The position numbers and the translations under genes were made by a program. Shown here in pieces: positions 59,025 to 64,000 of a DNA stretch of 64,000 nt (its first letter is position 1; every line of letters starts with the position of its first letter). The DNA is from Acidobacteriota bacterium (lineage in GTDB: Bacteria; Acidobacteriota; UBA6911; RPQK01; JADFOI01): positions 2,016,001 through 2,080,000 of the forward strand of contig OY760074.1 of assembly GCA_963663035.1 (NCBI GenBank), given 5' to 3'. A model generated the notes under the pieces. It saw only the letters and a program-made list of their open reading frames with translations. It was not told the origin of the DNA and searched no databases.

Positions 59025-60590
59025 CTATCCGGTTGATGCTTGCTTGGCGAGGATCGGGTTAGCGCCAGCCTTCCGTTCCCTTGAGCTCGCGGGCACCTGC
59101 AGCTCCGGCATGGGTGCCGACTGAAAAAACTTTTGCAGCGGCCTCGCCAACCACGACGCCCAATGGGCTGCCTTGCCGATCCGAGCACTATCGGTGGCCA
59201 ATCCCGTGTTGGCGTACATCTGCCGGTAGAGCTTTGAAATCATGATAAAGGCCAGCCGGGAGCGCAGGGTCGGCGTGCAGCGGGATCGCTGCCAGATTCT
59301 TTTCAGGCTATAAAAACGGTCCCAAACCCCTTGGGTGTTCTGGCGGATCTCCTCAATGGACATCTCCGGATGGGGTATAAACAGCCTCGGTCGAACCGGC
59401 CTGGGAATGAGCCAGAATCTCGTCAGAGGAAAACCTGCAACGCGGGTGGGGTCGTTCTCCATCTTTTTTTCCCAGCGCATAAAGTCCACCGTGCCGGGAA
59501 AAGGGGTCAGGGTTACAAACTGGGCCAAGGCCACCTGGGCAGCCTGAGCCACAGTGACCGTGGTGTCGAAGGTTTCCGTGCGGTCGCTGGACAGCCCAAA
59601 GATAAAGGAGCCCAGGACCTGGACGCCGTGTTCCGGGAAAATTCGGAGCCTTTTCACCAGGTCATCGCCCGACGAGTTGAACTCCTTGTAAACGGCCTTC
59701 AGACCCTCCGGGGTGACCGATTCAACTCCCACCAGGGCTCCCTTGATCCTGGCCCGGCGCATGGCGTCCAGAAATTCCGGATCGTCTGCGGCCTCCATCG
59801 TGATTTGGGTGAAAAAGCACATGTTCTTGGGCAGCTCGGCCAGCCGGTCCATCAATTCAAACCGCTCCTCGCGGATGGCCTTCAGCTCGGCCAGCCGCTC
59901 GGGTTGGTTCCGGCTCTCGGCCAGTCTCAGATCTTCCAGCGTCACCGGATAGAAGTTGTCATCGGCCAGCGCAATGAATCGATACCCCTGACGACGCAGG
60001 TCCACAATCTCTCCCAGGACTCTATCCACTACGGGCTGTCTGGGACGCTGTCCGTCGGTTCGCCACACCGAACAAAAGGAGCAGTGTTTGGGACATCCCC
60101 GCACCGTTTGGACCGATGCCATCATGTAGGCGCGCGGCGGCATCAAATCCCAACGCGCTGCCAGGAACTGGTCGGGCTCGATTTGCCCTCCGTCGTAGAG
60201 GCGTTGGGGACCCCCATTGCTGCAATCCGCCAGCACTTTTTCCCAAATGACGTCTCCATCGCCCTTCACCGCCGCGTGGGCACCCCCAAACTCGTAGGCT
60301 TCCTCCGGATAGAGCGTGGCGTGGATGCCGCCGAAGACCACGTAGGCTCCCCGCTGGCGAGCCGCCCGCCCCACCTCGTAGCCGCGCAGCGCATTCAGAG
60401 TGTGAATCCCGATTCCCACGACGTCGCCCTCTTGAATCTGGGTGAAGTCCATGGGCTCGAGCGTTTCATCTATCACCCGGGGATCTCCGAAGCTGCCTGG
60501 AGTCGCAGCCGCCAGGACATAGAGCCAGCGCGGCGTTATAACCCCTACGCCAAAAGCTACGTCACTGGGATTGACCAGGTGTACACGCAT
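59025..60590 (-). CDS. B12-binding radical SAM protein
   Basis: VVFGGIHATL, RGCPKHCSFC, LADDNF, VGVES and TPFPGT motifs. Confidence 0.9.
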   Translation of the reverse strand: MRVHLVNPSDVAFGVGVITPRWLYVLAAATPGSFGDPRVIDETLEPMDFTQIQEGDVVGIGIHTLNALRGYEVGRAARQRGAYVVFGGIHATLYPEEAYEFGGAHAAVKGDGDVIWEKVLADCSNGGPQRLYDGGQIEPDQFLAARWDLMPPRAYMMASVQTVRGCPKHCSFCSVWRTDGQRPRQPVVDRVLGEIVDLRRQGYRFIALADDNFYPVTLEDLRLAESRNQPERLAELKAIREERFELMDRLAELPKNMCFFTQITMEAADDPEFLDAMRRARIKGALVGVESVTPEGLKAVYKEFNSSGDDLVKRLRIFPEHGVQVLGSFIFGLSSDRTETFDTTVTVAQAAQVALAQFVTLTPFPGTVDFMRWEKKMENDPTRVAGFPLTRFWLIPRPVRPRLFIPHPEMSIEEIRQNTQGVWDRFYSLKRIWQRSRCTPTLRSRLAFIMISKLYRQMYANTGLATDSARIGKAAHWASWLARPLQKFFQSAPMPELQVPASSRERKAGANPILAKQASTG

Positions 60591-60676
60591 GGAACGCTCC
60601 CCTTCCCCTGAAACTTGAATTCCGAAGAAAGATTCATTATACAGAGTCACCCTGCAATTGATTGCTCATTTGCGCG

Positions 60677-62527
60677 CTATTCGAGTTCCGCAAACCGTTT
60701 TTCGAACTCCGGCTTCAACCTGTCGTGCTCGTTGATGAGTTCCTCCAGCTCCTCAACGAGGTTCTGAATCTGAGGCTTGAGTACACTGCTGCGCTGCGCC
60801 AGTTTAGCGATCGACTCCCTCTCGCCTTTGGTTGCCGCCTCACACAGCAAAGCTTCGACCTCTTTTGCCTCCTCTTCGCGCGCGGCCATTTCCTTCTCGA
60901 CCCCCTCGATCCGAGCCTTCAAAGGCTTCAGACTCTTGGAACGCTCCGCAACAAGCTCTGCCCGCAGGCGACGCAGCTCTTTACGACTTCTTCCCCGCGC
61001 CGGAGTCCGTTTGGCCACCTGGTTCTGGGAATTCTGCTCTTCTCTCCAGCCCACCCGCTCGAGAAAATCCTGGTAGTTGCCCTCAAACACACAGCTCTGC
61101 CCGCCGTCGAACACGACGAGCCGGTTGGCCACCCGGCGTAGGATCAGCTCACTGTGAGTGACCAACACGACCGCTCCCTCGAAGAGCTCCAACGCATGCA
61201 TAAGGCCCTCGGTCGACTGCATGTCCAGGTGATTGGTGGGCTCGTCCAGAATCAACAGATTGGCAGGGCTCACCAGGAGCTTGCCCAGCAGGACACGACT
61301 CTTCTCGCCACCGGAGAGGACTTGCACTTTCTTGAGGGCATCGTCACCCGGGAACATCATCAGACCGCAAATCTTGCGTGCGGCCCCGCGGCTATGGTCG
61401 GGATGGGCCGATTGGATTTCTTCCTCTATTGTCTTATCAGGATCCAAGCGCTCCACATTATTCTGACCGTAGTAGGCCACCTGAGCCTTGGGATGCAGCT
61501 GAATCTTGCCGGTGACCGGCTGAAGGACATGGGCGAACAACGACAGGAGTGTCGTCTTTCCTCGGCCATTGGGCCCGATAACCGCGATTCGATCCTTTGC
61601 TCCCATCCGAAATTTCAATTCCTCGATCAGGGTCGGCCCATCGGGGTAGTGAAAGGACAGTCCCTCCACATCCATGATCTTCTTGGCCGCAAAGGGAGCG
61701 GCATGGAACCGGAAGCTCAGATCATGGATCTGATCGAGGCGCTCCAGGGTCTCCGCCTTCTCCAGCTTTCTAACGCGCGATTGCACCGCCCTGGCTTTGG
61801 TGGCTTTGGCCCGAAACCGCTGGATGAACCGCTCCTGCTGACGACGATCCCGCTCCTGATTCAGGCGCGTCTTTTCATGGATCTCCTCTTCCTGCACAAT
61901 CTGTGCAAAGACCTTGAGGGTCGTACCTTCCACCTTGCGCAACTTGCGACGCTGAATCGCCATGGTATGGGTCGTCACCTGGTCCATGAACTCGCGATGG
62001 TGGGTGATCAGAATCATCTCGCCACGCCAAGCACAAAGAAAACGCCTCAACCAGCGCATGGAGACAATGTCCAAGTAATTGGTGGGCTCGTCCAACAGCA
62101 GCAGGTTGGGCTCGGAAACCAGCACTTTGGCAAGGTTGAGACGCACCTGATAGCCGCCCGACAGCTTTTCAGGGGAGCACTGCAGCAACTCGCCCTCGAA
62201 CCCCAGACCGTGCAGCGCGGCTTCCGCCCGGTAACTGAGGTCAGTGCCGTCTTCCGACCCGGGGAGTGCGCTGCAGGCCTCGTCCAGAACGCTGTCCTGG
62301 CTGAATTCGAGATGCTGGGACAGATGACCGATCCGATAATGTTTGGGCACCACGATCTCCCCGCCATCCGGCCTCTCGGTTCCGAGAAGAAGCCGGAACA
62401 GGGTGGTCTTGCCGTGCCCATTACGGCCGATAAGTCCGAGACGCTCGCCCGGATTCATCAGAAAGTTGACGTCATCCAACAGTACGTTGGAACCGTAGGA
62501 CTTGGAAAGATTGAGAACACGAATCAT
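60677..62527 (-). CDS. ABC-F family ATP-binding protein
   Basis: Two ABC cassettes (GRNGHGKTT / LSGG / LLDEPTN, twice), no TM segments, coiled-coil tail. Confidence 0.93.
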   Translation of the reverse strand: MIRVLNLSKSYGSNVLLDDVNFLMNPGERLGLIGRNGHGKTTLFRLLLGTERPDGGEIVVPKHYRIGHLSQHLEFSQDSVLDEACSALPGSEDGTDLSYRAEAALHGLGFEGELLQCSPEKLSGGYQVRLNLAKVLVSEPNLLLLDEPTNYLDIVSMRWLRRFLCAWRGEMILITHHREFMDQVTTHTMAIQRRKLRKVEGTTLKVFAQIVQEEEIHEKTRLNQERDRRQQERFIQRFRAKATKARAVQSRVRKLEKAETLERLDQIHDLSFRFHAAPFAAKKIMDVEGLSFHYPDGPTLIEELKFRMGAKDRIAVIGPNGRGKTTLLSLFAHVLQPVTGKIQLHPKAQVAYYGQNNVERLDPDKTIEEEIQSAHPDHSRGAARKICGLMMFPGDDALKKVQVLSGGEKSRVLLGKLLVSPANLLILDEPTNHLDMQSTEGLMHALELFEGAVVLVTHSELILRRVANRLVVFDGGQSCVFEGNYQDFLERVGWREEQNSQNQVAKRTPARGRSRKELRRLRAELVAERSKSLKPLKARIEGVEKEMAAREEEAKEVEALLCEAATKGERESIAKLAQRSSVLKPQIQNLVEELEELINEHDRLKPEFEKRFAELE

Positions 62528-62644
62528 GGGAGGCTAAAATTTAGTTGCATAATCTGATCTTGTGAATCCTGAATGCCCCGATAGGGCAGCCACCGCCCCG
62601 TAAAGGGTACACTGTAACGGGGGCTATCTACCATAGCGGAGGAA

Positions 62645-63139
62645 GTGGCGGCAGTTGAAATGAGCAGTAAACGGAGTCGAGAGAATCAGCCTGAATCGGA
62701 ACAGGAAAGCAAGCTCATCATTGGCTGGCGGGAGATGATTTCTATCCCGGAATGGGGCATCACCAAGCTTCACGCAAAAATGGACAGCGGTGCCAGGAGC
62801 AGCGCCATTGATGTTGCCAGCTCCGAGATATTGCCGGAAGGCCGGATTCGCTTTGAAGTGGTCCTAGACCGAAAGAAAAAGGACCGCAACCGGATCATTG
62901 AAGCATCGATTAGCAGAAGGACGTCAATCCGGTCCAGCACGGGGGAGACTCGGAATCGATTGATGGTGCTGGTCCAGGTGAAAATTGGACCGATCGTGAA
63001 ACCTGTCGAATTCAGTCTGGTGTGCAGAAAGAACATGCTGTGTCGGGCCCTCCTGGGTCGAAGGGCTCTGGAGGGTGATTTCCTTATTGATTCCACCAGA
63101 AAATATTCTTTGAACAGTGGATCGAGGAAGAATCTTTAG
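62645..63139 (+). CDS. RimK-associated putative protease (retropepsin-like)
   Basis: IIGWRE, AKMDSGA and LLGR motifs; abuts rimK. Confidence 0.85.
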   Translation: MAAVEMSSKRSRENQPESEQESKLIIGWREMISIPEWGITKLHAKMDSGARSSAIDVASSEILPEGRIRFEVVLDRKKKDRNRIIEASISRRTSIRSSTGETRNRLMVLVQVKIGPIVKPVEFSLVCRKNMLCRALLGRRALEGDFLIDSTRKYSLNSGSRKNL

Positions 63140-64000
63140 ATGAGAATCGCCATCCTTTCCAGAAGCCCCGAAGCCTATAGCACCCGTCGACTCTGTGAAG
63201 CTGCCACCGGGCATGGGCACCAGATGGAGGTCCTCGATACCCTTGAACTGGGCATCCATGTTGAACAGGCCCAGCCATCGCTTACCCACAGGACCCAACA
63301 GTGCGAGCCTTTCCAAGCTGTTATCCCTCGAATTGGCGCATCTATTACCTTTTTTGGAACCGCTGTGGTGCGACAGTTTGAGCAGATGGGTGTCTTTTCT
63401 CTCAATTCTTCCCAGGCTATTGCTGTGGCCCGGGATAAGCTGCGCTGCCTTCAAATTTTGAGTCGACATGACATCGGAATTCCTCCCTCGGCTTTTGTGC
63501 GGAGCAAAAAGGACGTTCTCCCCGCAATCGAAAGAGTGGGTGGAACTCCCGTCATCATCAAACTTCTGGAAGGCACACAGGGTATCGGGGTCATTCTGGC
63601 TGAGGATCTCAAAACCGCAGAGGCGATTATCGAGACTCTCCAGAGTACCAAGCAGAACGTTCTCATTCAGAAATTCGTTTCAGAGAGCAAGGGACGCGAC
63701 ATTCGGGCTTTCGTGGTGGGGGATCGTGTCGTTTGCGCCATGAGGCGACAAGCTGCAGGACAGGAGTTCAGAAGCAATGTGCACAGAGGAGGCTCCGTAC
63801 AAGCGGTCCAGTTGGATGAACTCTACGAGCGTACGGCGGTCAGAGCAGCCCAAATCATCGGCTTGCAGGTTGCCGGCGTGGATATGCTGGAAGGCGACGA
63901 CGGGCCTCAGATCATGGAAGTCAATTCTTCCCCCGGCCTGCAGGGCATCGAAATGGCCACAAAGATGGACGTGGCAGGCGCCATCATCGAGCATTTAGAG
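63140..64000 (+). CDS. rimK: RimK-family ATP-grasp glutamate ligase, truncated by the window edge
   Basis: Manual translation MRIAILSR..YSTRRL..VIPRIGAS..ARDKLR..GTQGIGV..DIRAFVVG..FRSNVHRGG..EVNSSPGL. Confidence 0.92.
   Translation, partial: MRIAILSRSPEAYSTRRLCEAATGHGHQMEVLDTLELGIHVEQAQPSLTHRTQQCEPFQAVIPRIGASITFFGTAVVRQFEQMGVFSLNSSQAIAVARDKLRCLQILSRHDIGIPPSAFVRSKKDVLPAIERVGGTPVIIKLLEGTQGIGVILAEDLKTAEAIIETLQSTKQNVLIQKFVSESKGRDIRAFVVGDRVVCAMRRQAAGQEFRSNVHRGGSVQAVQLDELYERTAVRAAQIIGLQVAGVDMLEGDDGPQIMEVNSSPGLQGIEMATKMDVAGAIIEHLE

Noticed and set aside
59331-62557. Long plus-strand ORFs (426 aa and 467 aa)
   Set aside because: They are antisense shadows of the radical SAM and ABC-F genes with no recognisable motifs; the same applies to 20134-21117, 41814-42752, 51129-51995 and 57176-57955.

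Overview
Bacterial chromosomal window, about 55-60% GC by eye. Gene content is most like Acidobacteriota, which is an inference only. Housekeeping and metabolic genes include a GT4 glycosyltransferase, mreB, a PPi-type PFK, a class I aldolase, ychF, rlmD, an ABC-F protein, rimK and two tRNA-Arg genes. Many enzymes carry export signals: a PQQ dehydrogenase, a c-type heme lipoprotein, two tandem amidohydrolases, and Tat-tagged hydantoinase, TPP enzyme and IorB-like proteins. Mobile DNA is abundant: IS256 with a G8 TSD, two matching IS3 copies without TSDs, one full and one truncated IS1380, an rve/DDE element with paired subterminal repeats, and a frameshifted tyrosine integrase next to tRNA-Arg(TCT). 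Highlights: (1) a family of about 205-bp non-coding MITE-like elements with IS1380-like ends, CTAG targets at gene stop codons and compensatory changes in an internal hairpin; (2) a Tat-exported thiamine-diphosphate enzyme paired with a monoheme cytochrome c; (3) a pentapeptide-repeat/Pro-linker/KAP-NTPase fusion; (4) an HTH-like-capped hybrid kinase destroyed by nested IS events. No CRISPR array, rRNA or riboswitch was recognised. All calls are by eye, without database searches.
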